Below, piece after piece: positions 12,026-25,176 of a DNA stretch of 64,000 bases; the stretch's first letter is position 1, and every line of letters starts with the position of its first letter. Location of the stretch: positions 1-64,000 of the forward strand of contig JASTWF010000342.1 in the NCBI GenBank assembly GCA_030390025.1. The letters run 5' to 3'. The position numbers and the translations under genes were made by a program. The notes under the pieces were generated by a model. That model did no database searches. It saw only the letters and a program-made list of their open reading frames with translations, and was not told the origin of the DNA. Origin of the DNA: Squalus acanthias (lineage: Eukaryota).

Positions 12026-13584
12026 TGATGACCCCACAATTCCTGGTATCAGGGAGGATGGAAAGGAACACTTTTGCTGGCCAAAGACAGGAACTAGGGA
12101 CAGAATATGGTTACCCCGCCCCATTTACACAACCCCTTTAAATTCCAGTGGGGGTCCATGACCGGATCTTCTGCCTGCCCACCGAAATTAAGGGGACATA
12201 TCTAGTAGAGTTCTCAGGCATCCTCAGAAATTATGCCCATTGTGCTTTCCATAGGTCTCAGCATAATTCACGCTAGCTGAGAGCTGGCATGAACCCTGTT
12301 AAGGCCTTTAGAAACCTTTACTAAACTAAGCTAATTAATCGCGGAGTGGATCAACTATCTTTAGTCAGGAAGGGCAGTGCTGCTGAAGAATTTTGTTATT
12401 TTCTCTTAAGCCCAGATGGGCCTCACAGAACCTCACACTCTGCATATTAGAATTAACCTAAAGCTTAAAAAAATTATATTAAGAGGCACAGGGCAAAAAA
12501 TCTACGAAAGCGTGTCATACAAAATCAATTGAGGATTTAAGAAAATTATGATCAAAATGGTATTAGGACAATAGGAAGGTAGATTTTAGATAAGAAGAGG
12601 AGTCAGAAGAGGAAATACAATGTTGAAAATTAAAAAGATCCTTTAAGGGACAAGTTAGGTGCAAATATTATTGGAGTGAAAAATTGTTAAATGAAACATT
12701 TTAAATTAATTCTTCACATGACTTCCACAAATAAAGATGAAGGACAAATTCCAGAACCAGTCATCTTGCCACTACATCAGGTTTATTGGTGCCATTTTGT
12801 CTTTAGGCAAAACACAAAAAAGGTTGGTTGTTTACTACATGAAAATATTGTGTTGTAGTTGTAATTTTCAGTTTGGGCAATCACTTAATTTCCATAAGAA
12901 AAAATGTTACAGTTTAAAAATGGGATATCTGACATGGGTAACATTGTGACTGATGTGTAACACATTAATCCTTGGTACTCAATGTGTTTGATTCTCTTCC
13001 AAGCTAAATTTGTTCTGTAAATATTGTGAGTTATAAAGTGAACCACTTATATATAAAAATTACCAACTGTTAAGATATAGAATTTTGACTAATTCTTGTA
13101 AATAATTAAGTAACACTCAATGCTAATGAGCTCATTAAACATTATGCAGGTGAAGATTTTCCTCACCAATTTGCAGGTGGTATTCAGATAGCTTTCATTA
13201 GAAAATGGTTGGATGTGCACCTCCACCAATAATGCACTGTTTGTGTTTTGAGGTATTCTCTGGTAAGCAGAACCAATGGCAGTAGAAGTATCCAAAACAG
13301 ATGGGCGTTTCATTTTAGTAATAACCTGCGAATGTGTCATTCCTCCTGATCAGTGCCCGTCCGCCATTCTGGTCTGCACGGCATCAGGTGTTCTTGGGTT
13401 GCTAGGCGGTGGTAAGTATACGGGAGGTCGTGGAAAGGATCATAATATAAATATAAGGGCACTTTAGCCATTTCTTAACTATTGTTCTTCATATGTTTGA
13501 CTTGATAAATTATTTATTTTCACCTACAAGCAGCCACTCTGCACCCTCTTCATGTCTGGTCCGGGCAAGAGGTGGACTGACACC

Positions 13585-15293
13585 TGTAAGGGGTTTTGTC
13601 GTGCTTGTATCGCAGACGGTGCTGGTGTGGGGTTAGGCCTTCATTGCCTAATACTATTGCTTGCTCTGGTCTCCGGCCAGCCTTGTTGCAATAAACACCT
13701 GTGAGTGGTTCGACCCACTCGCCCTTACGGTTCTAACACTGGACTTAGGTGCGAGAGCAGTAATGCAGAGAAAAACTCAAATAGACCCGGTTGAATAGTA
13801 CGAAATGGAAATCTTTATTGCATAGCGTCCAAAATCATGAAGTACATGTCATAGGCGCAAATTAACGAGAGTACAAGTATACATACATTCATAAAGCTTG
13901 GTCTATGGTAATGAAGAACACACGGCACATCGTAAAAAGGGGAACACATTATACTTTATCCTTAATAAAACCACCCTCCCCTATCAATACCTACACTACA
14001 TCTAGATTTGTAGGATCGGGAAACATGCTCACCACTCGTGATACTTCGGAGAATTTTAAAGTGAGGCACTCGGCTCGTTTCGCTGCAGCGCCTGACTGTC
14101 ACGTGTTTGGAGGGGTCTCTGTACCCCACTTGTTTATCTTCGCTGCTGCGGCAAGCAGGCTGGGCTCCCCGTTGTCATGAAGAACTCAACAGCACTTGGG
14201 CCCGGCTGTAGAACTCAAAGAAAAGTCTTCCTGTACCGACACCAGTTGTCGGTAGAATTCGAAGAAGAGTCTTTGGCCGGTTCGTGCAGTAACCTGTAGA
14301 GTTCAAGAAATGGGTCGTACATTTTCGGGCGCAGTCGGGGTTTGCTGACCGCGGTGGCACTTGGATTCTTCTCCTCTTCTTCTCATCTCGTCTCGTCTCT
14401 TCGGGCCTTCGGGTCCAGACACCGTTTACCGACCCTCGGGATGGTGCACTCGGCCACTTGCCCTCGTTGAGGCGGCTCGTTCCGTTTGAGCTCCACCCAA
14501 CATTCGAATAACCGTCCAGTACGGCTAAGAGTCAACAAAGTCCAGGAATAGCACAGAAGCTCACCAGTCAAGCGAGTCCATGGAGCGGCAAGCGAATAAG
14601 AGAGTGAAACCCTCAGCAGTCAGCAGGGAGATAAGAGAATCAAGAGACCGATGGACATTTGTTCACTATAGTTATAGTGCTGTGTCCCCTTATCTCCCGC
14701 TCAAATCTTAATGTTTGTCCTTTGTGAAATATTGGCGCTTAAAACTCCCAGCATGGGGCGATTCTTGTCTTTAACGGGTTTCGGTAGCACCTGAAACTGG
14801 CCAACTACCCGTTAATGTTTTCCCCATTGTTGGCCCAACCAGGATCGTATGAATCGTTTCCCTGACTGGTTTTGGGGGCCCCCGAATACTTGTTTAATCA
14901 CCCGAGAATGGCTCTCTCATTGTAGAGCCGTGGGGGTGTTTGTGTATTGATGTGTCTGGATGGGCCTTCAATTGCCCAGTACAATGGTCCTTACTTGTGC
15001 ATGGAAAACGATTCCAGCACTTATATCTTTTGCTATTGTCACAAATGCAAACAGGTTGCATCCAGTCTTTATCAGTGCTTATCGAGTATGATCCCGTCTT
15101 ATATTGAAATGTTTATTCGAACGCCATCTTGTCTGCCCACTGTACTTCTGGAAGCTTCTGCCACGATGCTCGGCGGCCATTTTACAGGCTTCTGTGTCCT
15201 TTATATCATGACAGCATTTTGTTTAAATAAACTGATCAAACGAATCTGCTTCTATCTCGTTATTTCGAATCGCGATAATTGCGAAACTTTACA
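13585..15293 (-). mobile_element. Long solo LTR (1709 bp)
   Basis: Termini TGTAAG...CTTTACA. 4-bp TSD CACC at 13581-13584 and 15294-15297. Minus-strand AATAAA at ~13814-13819 and TATAA at ~14672-14676. CpG-rich, no long ORF. Confidence 0.85.
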
Positions 15294-15798
15294 CACCATT
15301 TAACTGAGGCTTGGCAGTTAAAATCGCTGTGACCTCCCGCTGCCTCTGCCAGTTGGGAAATTAACTCACTGGAGCGATTTTCTGCCGGAAACCCACATCG
15401 AGTTAAAATCCATTCCATAGTCTTAATAATAAGAAATGTCTCTTTACCCCAATATTTGTCATTTGTTTTTTATTTAAATTCATAAGGCAGGTAAAATCAC
15501 TGGAGCATGTCAAGACTGAAACTCCATTCAATTTTAAAATAATTAAAGCTTGTAATTATTCTAAATACACCGTTTGCACTCAGGACAGTTCATTTATCTG
15601 TTTAAGGTTCAATCAATTTGTCTGTTGGTTTGTAGCCTGAACTTTGGTCTGGGAGAACATATATTCTTTGACCTACTGAAGACAAGGAGATTACTTGGTG
15701 ATATGTGATATATGTAAGCAGTTTGATTCTGACAACTTAAAATAGGTTTGCAACATTTCTCCATTTATTGTATTCGACGAAGTCCAGACACACACAAT

Positions 15799-17038
15799 GG
15801 CCTGGAATTTGCAGTGGGTAATGATGGCGAACTAACAACGTTCACCATTATTACCCCTCTGAAACTTCAGGACTTAGCGCCTGCGCATCTAAACGCAGAA
15901 TTCCTGAAGTTGCGGTTAGTCATTCACTGCTCCGACACTGGCTGTACTGTGGAATCCCCCTCACTCGCCACCACCCCCACCCTTCCCCATAGCCAGTAAT
16001 CAGGGAAATCAGTGAAACTGATGAAAACTTGGGCTTTTCCGCAGTAATATCGCTGTTAAATACCCCATTAAATTTTAAGCCTTGTTGGAATAGGTGTAAC
16101 TGGGATTTTAACAGCATATTGACTGGTAAACAAATGTTCTGGCTCTGAAAAACTAATTTTTGTATTTGTGCCGTGTCAAGTTTCTCCACTATGATAAGTA
16201 TTACAATTTTTTTTAAACTTTAATTTTTTTTAATGTTTGTTCACGAGATTTCAGGTTCTACCTTATTCCCATGTGAGAGTCCCAATCTTTGTTTTGCTCT
16301 CTGAAACATTTTTAAAAAGTATGGATAAAAGCAGCTTCACATTTCCTGGTTTCCAGTCTGGGAGAATTCTGCAATATGATTGGTTGCTTAGACAGCTTGT
16401 TGACATCACAGCAACATCGCACTAGGGATTCCCATTACAGGGCACTGAAATCAACTGAATGTCAAAAAAGGCAAATTACTCACCACAGAGTTCTCTGTGG
16501 GCAGCTTTCTTTGGTGCCAGCGGCGAGTGCCTTTGCTTCACCGCTGACCGCAGAGAAAAAAGAAAGAATTGAATTTATATAGCGCCTTTCACGACCACCA
16601 GACATCTCAAAGCTCTTTACATCCAATGAAGTACTTTTGGAGTGTAGTCACTGTTGTAATGTAGGAAACGCGGCAGCCAATTTGCGCACAGCAAGCTCCC
16701 ACAAACAGCAATGTGATAATGACCAGATAATCTGTTTTGTTGTGTTGATTGAGTGATATATATTGGCCAGGACACCGGGGATAACTCCCCTGCTCTTCTT
16801 CGAAATAGTGCCATGGGATCTTTTACGTCCACCTGAGAGAGCAGACGGTGCCTCGGTTTAACGAATCATCTGAAAGGTGGCACCTCCGACAGTGCAGCAC
16901 TCACTCAGCACTGCACTGGAGTGTTAACCTAGCTTTATGTGCTCAAGTCCCTGGAGTGGGACTTGAACCCACAACCTTCTAACTCAGAGGCTACCAACTG
17001 AGCCACAGCTGACACAATATTACCGCGATTTTCCCGGA
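15799..17038. mobile_element. Harbinger-like MITE interrupted near its right end by a DeuSINE
   Basis: Left end GGCCTGGAATTTGCAGTGGGTAAT. Right end ATTACCGCGATTTTCCCGG resumes after the SINE. GC-rich arms, TGCGCA motifs, AT-rich core. Confidence 0.6.
16557..17013 (-). mobile_element. DeuSINE (SacSINE1/AmnSINE-like)
   Basis: tRNA-like head on the minus strand (GTGGCTCAGTTGGTAG...GGTTCAAGTCCC). Deu-type core GCACTCAGCACTGCACTGG / GAAATAGTGCCATGGGATCTTTTAC. Tail GAAAGGCGCTATATAAAT + (TTTC)n. Confidence 0.85.
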
Positions 17039-17546
17039 TAGAAACGTATACTTGTCGATCCTATTCGAACCCAACTCTCTACAATTTGTTAACCATAATG
17101 TTAAGATCTTTATAGGCCAACTCTCACGAACACTGTCAGTGCTAATTCATTCTGGCATGAGAAGTGTTATTGTGAACAAGACCCCAGAAAGGAAATATTT
17201 CCTTCCAAACATCAGATGCCAACTTGTTTTTCATCCTGTCTCCATTGTTCCACTTCTATCACAAAACTGTCTTGGTTATCTCGTTCCACAATGTGGCTAC
17301 AAAAATAATCCAAGACACGAATCATACATCCAGTAGTTTCAACAAACAATTAAGTAACAGTAATACAAAACCAAAGCACTGCGGATGCTGGAAATCTGAA
17401 ATAAAAACAGAAAATGCTGGAAATACTCAGCAGGTCAGGCAACATCTGTGGAGAGAAAATCTCCTCTGGAGATCTTCCCCCCACAGCCGCCAACCTCATA
17501 GTTCCCCAACCCCACACAGCCCGCTTCTACCGCCTTCCCAAGATCC

Positions 17547-20500
17547 ATACAAGCATAGAAGCATAGAAGATAGGAGCAGGAGTAGGCCATTCGGCCCCTC
17601 GAGCCTGCTCCGCCATTTAATGAGATCATGGCTGATCATCCAAATTCAGTACCCTGCACTGCTTTCTCCCCATATCCCTTGATCCCTTTAGCCTTAAGAA
17701 AGATATCTATCTCCTTCTTGAATATATTTAATGAATTGGCCTCAACTGCCTTCTGTGGTAGAGAATTCCACAGGTTCACCACTCTCTGGGTAAAGAAATT
17801 CCTCCTCATCTCAGTCCTAAATGGCTTACCCCTTATCCTTAGACTGTGACCTCTGGTTCTGGACTCCCCTGCCATCGGGAACATCCTTCCTGCATCTAGT
17901 CTGTCTAGTCCTGTTAGAATTTTATAAGTTTCATTGAGATCCCCTCTCATTCTTCTAAACTCTAGCGAATATAAGCCTAATCGACCCAATCTCTCCTCAT
18001 ACGTCATTCCTGCCATCCCAGGTATCAGTCTGGTAAATCTTCGCTGCACTCCCTCCATGGCAAGAACATCCTTCATCAGATAAGGCGACCAAAACTACAC
18101 ACAATACTCAAAGTGTGGTCACACCAAGGCCTTGTACAACTGCAGCAAGACATCCTTGCTCCTGTACTCGAATCCTCTCGCTATGAAGGCCAACATACCA
18201 TTTGCCTTCTTAACCGCCTGCTGCACCTGCATGCTTATGTTCAGCGACTGGTGCACAAGGATCCCCAGATCTCGTTGCACTTCCCCTTTTCCCAATCTAT
18301 TGCCGTTCAGATAATAATCTGTCTTCCTGTTTTTGCCACCAAAGTGGATAACCTCGCATTTATCCACATTATATTGCATCTGGCATGCATCTGCCCAATC
18401 ACCCAACCTGTCCAAATCATACTGGAGTTTCTCTGCATCCTCCTCATAGCACACACGCCCACCCAGCTTTGTGTCATCTGCAAACTTAAAGATATTACAT
18501 TTAGTTCCCTCGTCTAGATCATTAATATATATTGTGAATAGCTGGGGTCCTAGCACCGATCCCTGCGGTACCCCACTAGTCACTGCCTGCCACTCGGAAA
18601 AAGATCGTTTATTCCAACTCTTTGCTTCCTGTCTGCCAACCAGTTCTCTATCCAAATCAGTACCTTACCCCCAATCCCATGTGCTTTAAATTTGCACGCT
18701 AATCTCTTATGCGGGACCTTATCGAAAGCCTACTGAAAGTCCAAATGCACCACATCCACTGGTTCTCCCTTATTTACATCCTCAAAAAATTCCAGTAGAT
18801 TAGTCAAGCATGATTTACCTTTTGTAAATCCATGTTGACTTTATCCGATCCTGTCACTGTTTTCCAAGTGCTCTGCTTTTACATCTTTTATAATGGACTC
18901 TAGCATTTTGCCTAAGACTGATATCAGGCTTACCGGTCTAAAATTCCCCATTTTTTCTCGACCACCTATTTTAAATAGAGGGGTTACATTAGCTACCCTC
19001 CAATCCATGGGAACTGTTCCAGAGTCTATAGAATTTTGAAAGATGACCAGCAATGCATCTACTATTTCTAGGGCCACTTCCTTAAGTACCCTAGGATGTA
19101 GATTATCAGGCCCTGCGGATTTATCGGCCTTCAATTCCGTCAATTTCCCTAACACCATTTCCCTACAAATACTGATTTCATTCAGTTCCTCCCTCTCATA
19201 GACCCTATGTCCCCCGACATCTCTGGGAGGTTATTTGTGTCCTCCTTTGTGAAGACAGAACTATATTATGTATTTAATTGGCCTGCCATTTCTTTCTTCC
19301 CCATTATAAATTCCCCTGATTCTGACCGCAAGGGACCTATGCTTGACTTCACCAATCCTTTTATCTTCACATATCTATAGAAGCTTTTACAGTCAGTTTT
19401 TATGTTCTCTGCAAGCTTACTCTCATATTCTATTTTCCCCCTCTTAATTAATCCCTTTGTCCTCCTTTGCTGAATCCTAAACTGCTCCCAATCCTCAGGT
19501 TTGCTGCTTTTTCTTGCCAATTTATATGTCCTCTCCTTGGATCTTATGCTATCCCTAATTTCCCTTGTTAGCCACGATTGAGTCACCTTTTTTGTTTTAT
19601 TGTTATGCCAAACAGGGATGAACAAATTCTGTAGTTCATCCATGCGATCTTTAAATGTTTGCCATTGCCTACCCACCATCAACCCTTTAAGTAATGCTCC
19701 CCAATCCATCCTAGCCAACTCACGCCTCATACTATCGTAGTTTCCTTTATTTAAATTCAGGACCCTAGTCTTTGAGTCAACTACTTCACTCTCCATCTTA
19801 ATGAAGAATTCTATCATATTATGATCGCTCCTCCCCAAGGGGCCTCGCACAACAAGATTGCTAATTTATCCTTTCTCATTACATAATACCCAGTCTAAGA
19901 TGGCCTGATCTCTAGTTGGTTCCTCGACATATTGGTCCAGGAATTCCTCCTCCACAGTATTGTTACTAATTTGGTTAGCCCAATCTATATGTAGATTAAA
20001 GTCACCCATGATAACTGCTGTGCCCTTATTACACGCTTCTCTAATTTCCCGTTTAATGCCATCCCCAACCTCAGCATTACTGTTTGGGGGTCTGTATACA
20101 ACTCCCACTAACATTTTCTGCCCCCTGGTATTTCTGAGCTCTACCGATACAGATTCCACATCATCAGAGCTAATATCCTTCCTTACTATTGTGTTAATCT
20201 CCTGTTTAACCAGCAATGCTACCCCACCTCCTTTTCCTTTTTGTCTGTCCTTCCTGAATATTGAATACGCCTGGATGTTGAATTCCTAGCCTTGGTCACC
20301 CTGGAGCCATGTCTCCGTAATCCCAATTATATCATAACCATTTACATCTATTTGCGCAGCTAATTCATCCACCTTATTATGAATTCTCCTCGCATTAAGA
20401 CACAAAGCCTTCAGGCTTGTTTTTTTAACACTCTTAGTCCTTTTAGAATTATTATTTACTGTGGCCCTGTTTGATTTACACCCTTGATTTCTCTGCCTTC

Positions 20501-20870
20501 CACTTTTGCTTTTCGCCTTCTTGTCTTTTGCTTCTATCCTTGCTTCCCTTTCCTCTGTTTCCCTGCACAGGTTCCCAACCCCCTGCCATTTTAGTTTAAA
20601 CCCTCCCCAACAGCACTAGCAAACACTCCCCCTAGGACATCGGTCCCGTTCCTGCCCAGGTGCAATCCGTCCAGTTTGTACTGGTCCCACCTCCCCCAGA
20701 ACCGGTTCCAATATCCCAGGAATTTGAATCCCTCCCCCTTGCACCATTCCTCTAGCCACGTATTCATCTGAAATATCCTTCTATTTCTACTCTGACTAGC
20801 ACGTGGCACTGGTAGCAATCCTGAGATTACTACCTTTGAGGTCCTATTTCTTAATTTACCTCCTAACTCC
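17547..20870 (-). mobile_element. CR1 LINE with ORF1 SGNH-esterase C-terminal remnant and full-length but frameshifted ORF2
   Basis: 20591-20870: VVISGLLP...MNTWLEEWC...DGLHL (CR1 ORF1 esterase). ORF2 pieces [34 protein letters not shown]. (TATGCTTC)-type tail at ~17550. Confidence 0.95.
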
Positions 20871-22679
20871 CACAAACAGGACTGCTCTGGTAGACCCATC
20901 GTTTCAGCCTGTTCTTGCCCCACGGAACTTATCTCTTCCTTTCTCGACTCTATTTTTTCTCCCCTTGTCCAGACTCTTCCCACCTACATTCATGACTCTT
21001 CCAACGCCCTCCGCCACTTTAACAGTTTCCAGTTTCCTGGCCCCAACCGTCTCCTTTTCACTATGGACGTTCAATCCCTCTACACTTCCATCCCCCACCA
21101 GGATGGCCTGAGGACGCTCTGCTTCTTCCTTGAACAGAGGCCCAACCAGTCCCCATCCACCATAACCCTCCTCCACCTGGCTGACCTTGTTCTCACATTG
21201 AACAACTTCTCCTTTGACTCTACTCACGTCCTCCAAATTAAAGGTGTTGCTATGGGAACCTGCATGGGTCCTAGCTATGCCTGCCTTTTCGTGGGATATG
21301 TGGAACATTCTTTGTTCCAGTCCTACTCAGGTACCCTCCCTCATCTCTTTTTATGGTACATTGATGACTGTATCGGTGCTGTTTCCTGCTCTCGCCCTGA
21401 ACTAGAAAATTTCATTCACTCTGCTTCCAATTTCCACCCTTCCCTCACCTTCACATGGTCCATCTCCGACTCTTCCCTTCCCTTCCTCAACTTCTCTCTC
21501 TCCATTTCTGGGGATAGGCTATTGACAAACATTCACTAAAAGCCCACTGACTCTCACAGCTACCTGGACTACACTTCCTCCCACTCCGCTTCCTGTAAGG
21601 ACTCTATTCCATTCTCCCACTTTCTCCGTCTCTGCCGCATCTGCACTGACGATGCCACCTTCCATACTAGTGCTTCCGACATGTCTTCCTTTTCCTCAAC
21701 CGAGGATTTCCCTCTACTGTGGTTGACACGGCCTTTGACCATGTCCATTCTATTTCCTGCACTACTGCTCTCACCCCTTCCTCTCCCTCCCGGAACCACG
21801 ATAGGGTTCCCCTTGCCCTCACCTTTCACCCCACCAGCCTCCATATTCAACGGATCATCCTCCGCCATTTCCGTCACCTCCAGCGTGATCCCACCACCAA
21901 ACACATCTTCCCCTCACCTCCCCTTTCAGCATTCCGAAGGGACCACTCCCTCTGCGACACCCTGGTCCACTCCTCTATCACCCCCAACACTCCAGCAAGC
22001 GCAGAAGATGCAACACATGTCCTTTTACCTCCTCCCTTCCCACTGTCCAGGGCCCCAAACACTCCTTCCAGGTGAAACAGCGATTTACTTGTACTTCTTG
22101 CAATTCACTATACTGTATTCACTGCTCACAATGTGGTCTCCTCTACATTGGGGCGACCAACGCAGATTGGGTGACCGCTTTGCGGAACACCTCCTTCCAG
22201 TCCGTAAGGGGGACCCCGAGCTCCCGGTCGCCTGTCACTTTAATTCTCCGCTTCACTCCCACTCTGACCTCTCCATCCTCGGCCTCTTACACTGTTCCAA
22301 TGAAGCTCAACGTAAGCTCGAGGAACAGCACCTCATCTTTCGATTAGGCACTTTACAGCCTTCTGGACTCAACATCAATTTCAACAATTTCAGACAATAA
22401 CCTCTGCCCCTATCTTTTTTTTCCATTTTTTTTTCTCTCTCTCACATGGCAGCTGTCTTTCATTCTGTCAGTGCCATTTACACTTCACCTAGAGCCATCT
22501 TTTGTTTCTTATCTTATCCCATTACCATCTCCTTTTGCCTTGCACCATCATCCCTTTTGTCTCTTAATCTCTCCTGCCTTCCATCCTGTCACAGACCTTC
22601 CCTTTTGTTCTTTCCTCCCCTCCCCCCTTTCCCTGCCCCTACACTTGCTTAAAAACCTGTTCCATTTCCAGCTTTCTCC

Positions 22680-22716
22680 AGTTCTGATGAAGGGTCATAG
22701 ACCTGAAACGTTAACT
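22680..22716 (+). ncRNA. Minimal type I hammerhead ribozyme in the Penelope pLTR
   Basis: AGTT-CTGATGA-AGGGTCATAGACCT-GAAA-CG-T-T-AACT: conserved CUGAnGA and GAAA core, stem I AGTT/AACT, stem II GGTC/GACC, loopless palindromic stem III (AACGTT). Confidence 0.75.
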
Positions 22717-22938
22717 CTGTTTCTCTCTCCACAGTTGCTGCCTGACCTGCTGAGTATTTCCAGCATTTTCTGTTTTTAATTAAATAACAGTGTTAGCTAA
22801 ATTGTATCTTGACACATTAAACCCTAAAGGATCCTGGGAATGAACAACTTCAACCACTTCATTATCTAGCTACAGTACAATTCCTACAAGCTATCTATAA
22901 GTAAAAGGAAACCAAAAATTTAAATCATATGAGATTAT

Positions 22939-23712
22939 GGGCACAAAATTCAGCTGCTTTGCGCCTGCTGTTAGCGCCCGGGTGCAGCGATATAAGCGCC
23001 CCACGCTAAATTAGGCTGGGTTTTTGCAGAGGCACTAAGCATTATCGCCCTGCTCCTGTAGGTACTGCCCCGCTCAGCCATGCCCAGTGATGATGACATC
23101 ATCGTCGTGCACAGCGCCCCGTTAGCACCCCGGATGCAAAATTCGGCCGCACCCCCTCACTTACCACCTGGCGCTAACAATGACAGCATCAGCGGTCGAG
23201 TTGCAGTCAGGAGTCAGCTTTGTGTGCGCTATTTAAAGCACCATCTTGGGGAAACTTTTTTGTCGGCCATAACTCTGCTGAGACATTGTCAGACAAGCTG
23301 TTGAACATATCCAATTCCACATCGATGAATCGAGTAGCCCTCTCCCTCTCCCTTGTAGCAGCCATGGCACAAAGCTGTCTCAGTAGCTGAGAGGTCGCAC
23401 TCAAAAGCAGCAATGCTGATAATGAGTAGCTGCAGCTTGAAATTACCTCCTCTTTAAGAGCTGGAATAAGCTCGAGTCAAGGCTTGAAGGCTGATTGCTG
23501 AACGTAATTCAACTGAAATTGGGTAGCGCTCTGACAATAGTGCCCGTGCAGCGCTCCACTGAGACCATTAGCGCCTCATTTACCACCCCGCTTCACTCCT
23601 GGGGTGAAAACGCCCAATTTTGCAACATTTTTCAATGGATTTCACCAGGCGCTAACTTTTCAAAAAGTTAAAAGTTAGCGCCCCAAGTGGGGCACTACTG
23701 AATTTCGTGCCC
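22939..23712 (-). mobile_element. Harbinger-derived non-autonomous element with Myb-gene start remnant
   Basis: TIR GGGCACAAAATTCAG / CTGAATTTCGTGCCC with TAT on both flanks. Many GCGCC motifs. Minus strand MAATRERERATRFIDVELD resembles the Myb/SANT-like N-terminus seen at 27252. Confidence 0.8.
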
Positions 23713-24775
23713 TATGAGATTAAACCAAATCCTAATCTTACTTATATATGTATACAAAACTAGGGTATCTTACATATATTTTGGTAAGCCGAAGTTCAGT
23801 AACAATAGTTCTCTGCTCGATCACAAGTATAGCTGCCAAACAAATGCAAACTGTGAGCAGCCGCACAGGAGACTTATATTTGAATTGAATGGGTTGAATG
23901 GGTTGACCCATTGATCTGTTCCAAACAATTTGAATGACTGGTTAGATAGGCTCCATCCAGCCAGCAGTCATTAATTTTCACCCAGTGTGTGCTGTAACCA
24001 GTAAGAAAGAATCCATTATATATTTGCATCATAGGCAAACATGCTTCATTTTTGTTGCACCCTCCAATAAATACAATAGACAAAGGTGTTGCTTATATGT
24101 TTGTATTTTTGCATGTGTTTATCTATCTGTGTTAGATGTGTTCCTGTGCTTTAGATCCTGCTTAGTTGATTTCTGTTGTAATCTTACTGTGATACAGTAC
24201 AGATCAATATCCATTTTCACTAATAGTTATTACAATACCATCCAATTCCTGAAACAAATTCATAGCTACAGAATTTTCTCCATTACTATGATTCAACATA
24301 ATTCAATTGACCTCAGGACTATTTCTCACTAAAATCAGGATAAGAAGCACTACACTGACCTTTTAAGTCACTTTTCATGACAGGTTTTAAAGCTGATTAA
24401 TTAAAAGACCTTGAAATCGGTGCCTAAGGATATATTAATGTTGAAAAATGCATGGCTTTAGTTGAGGTTATTGATTCCATTTTAAAGCCAGCTATTCAGA
24501 ATTTGCTATGGCAGATAGTATCATTTCCCACGGTAATAAAAGTTGATAAAAAGGTAGGAGTAATAATATTGCTTTATAACACAATGAATACTCCTTTCCA
24601 TGAATGAGAATAGATATGAAAGAATGAAATAAGTACAATGTCAAGGCTCCTGTCACCTGCCGAGCTGCGGACTGAATGGCTGTAGGCTGTAATGAGGACA
24701 TTTCTGTCGTAAGTTGCTACACTTGAAGCTGAAGAGCTCTACTTTTAAAGTTTAATATTAATGTATGCCACTTAC

Positions 24776-24900
24776 CAAATGTCAAATTTCAACAATGATC
24801 TGTTTGGAGAATTATTTCTTTTAATTTTTTGTAGAAGTAGCTGAGCTTTGCAGCCATTTATTCTGTTTACAAATGGCTCCGATCTGAACAACGTGGGATC
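24776..24900 (-). other. Candidate internal or 5' UTR exon (125 nt)
   Basis: Minus-strand acceptor TTCTTGTCTCTGTGATTGGCAG| and consensus donor |GTAAGT in non-repetitive sequence. One frame is open (DPTLFRSEPFVNRINGCKAQLLLQKIKRNNSPNRSLLKFDI). No recognised homology. Confidence 0.35.
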
Positions 24901-24932
24901 CTGCCAATCACAGAGACAAGAACGAGTGGAGT

Positions 24933-25175
24933 GAAGGTATGGGATATTAGTGGTTATGTTACTGGACTAGTAATCCTGAGAATGTAAATTCAAATCTCTC
25001 CATGGCAATTTGAGAATTTGAATTCATCTTTTTTTAAATCTGGAAATATGAAAATCATCATCAGTAAAAGTGACCGTGATGCTGTTGGATTGGCTCACTA
25101 ATGTCCTTTAGGGAAGGAAACCTGCGTCTTACTTGGTTTGGACTATAGATGACCCCAGTCCCACACCAAAGTGGT
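24933..25175 (+). mobile_element. Truncated copy of the tRNA-headed SINE-like element (same family as 11246-11628)
   Basis: TAGTGGTTATGTTACTGGACTAGTAATCC...CACTAATGTCCTTTAGGGAAGGAAACCTGC. Confidence 0.8.
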
Positions 25176-25176
25176 T

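Larger units (their letters stand above)
17365..22778 (+). mobile_element. Penelope-like retroelement (RT + GIY-YIG), 5'-truncated with inverted pLTR piece, split by a CR1 insertion
   Basis: FY.LPKIHK, MDVQSLYTSIP, KGVAMGT.MGPSYA, YIDD, then YCIHCSQCGLLYIG...RFAEH...HFN...KLEEQHLI...GLN. 17400-17456 is the reverse complement of 22722-22778. Confidence 0.93.

Noticed and set aside
20591..20983. Host GDSL/SGNH lipase gene
   Set aside because: It lies directly upstream of CR1 ORF2 in the same orientation, so it is the CR1 ORF1 esterase remnant. The ORF's N-terminus is antisense Penelope sequence.
24835..24937. Plus-strand coding exon (TTTTTTGTAG| ... AAG|GTATGG)
   Set aside because: Stops occur in all three frames and the apparent donor is the start of a SINE copy.
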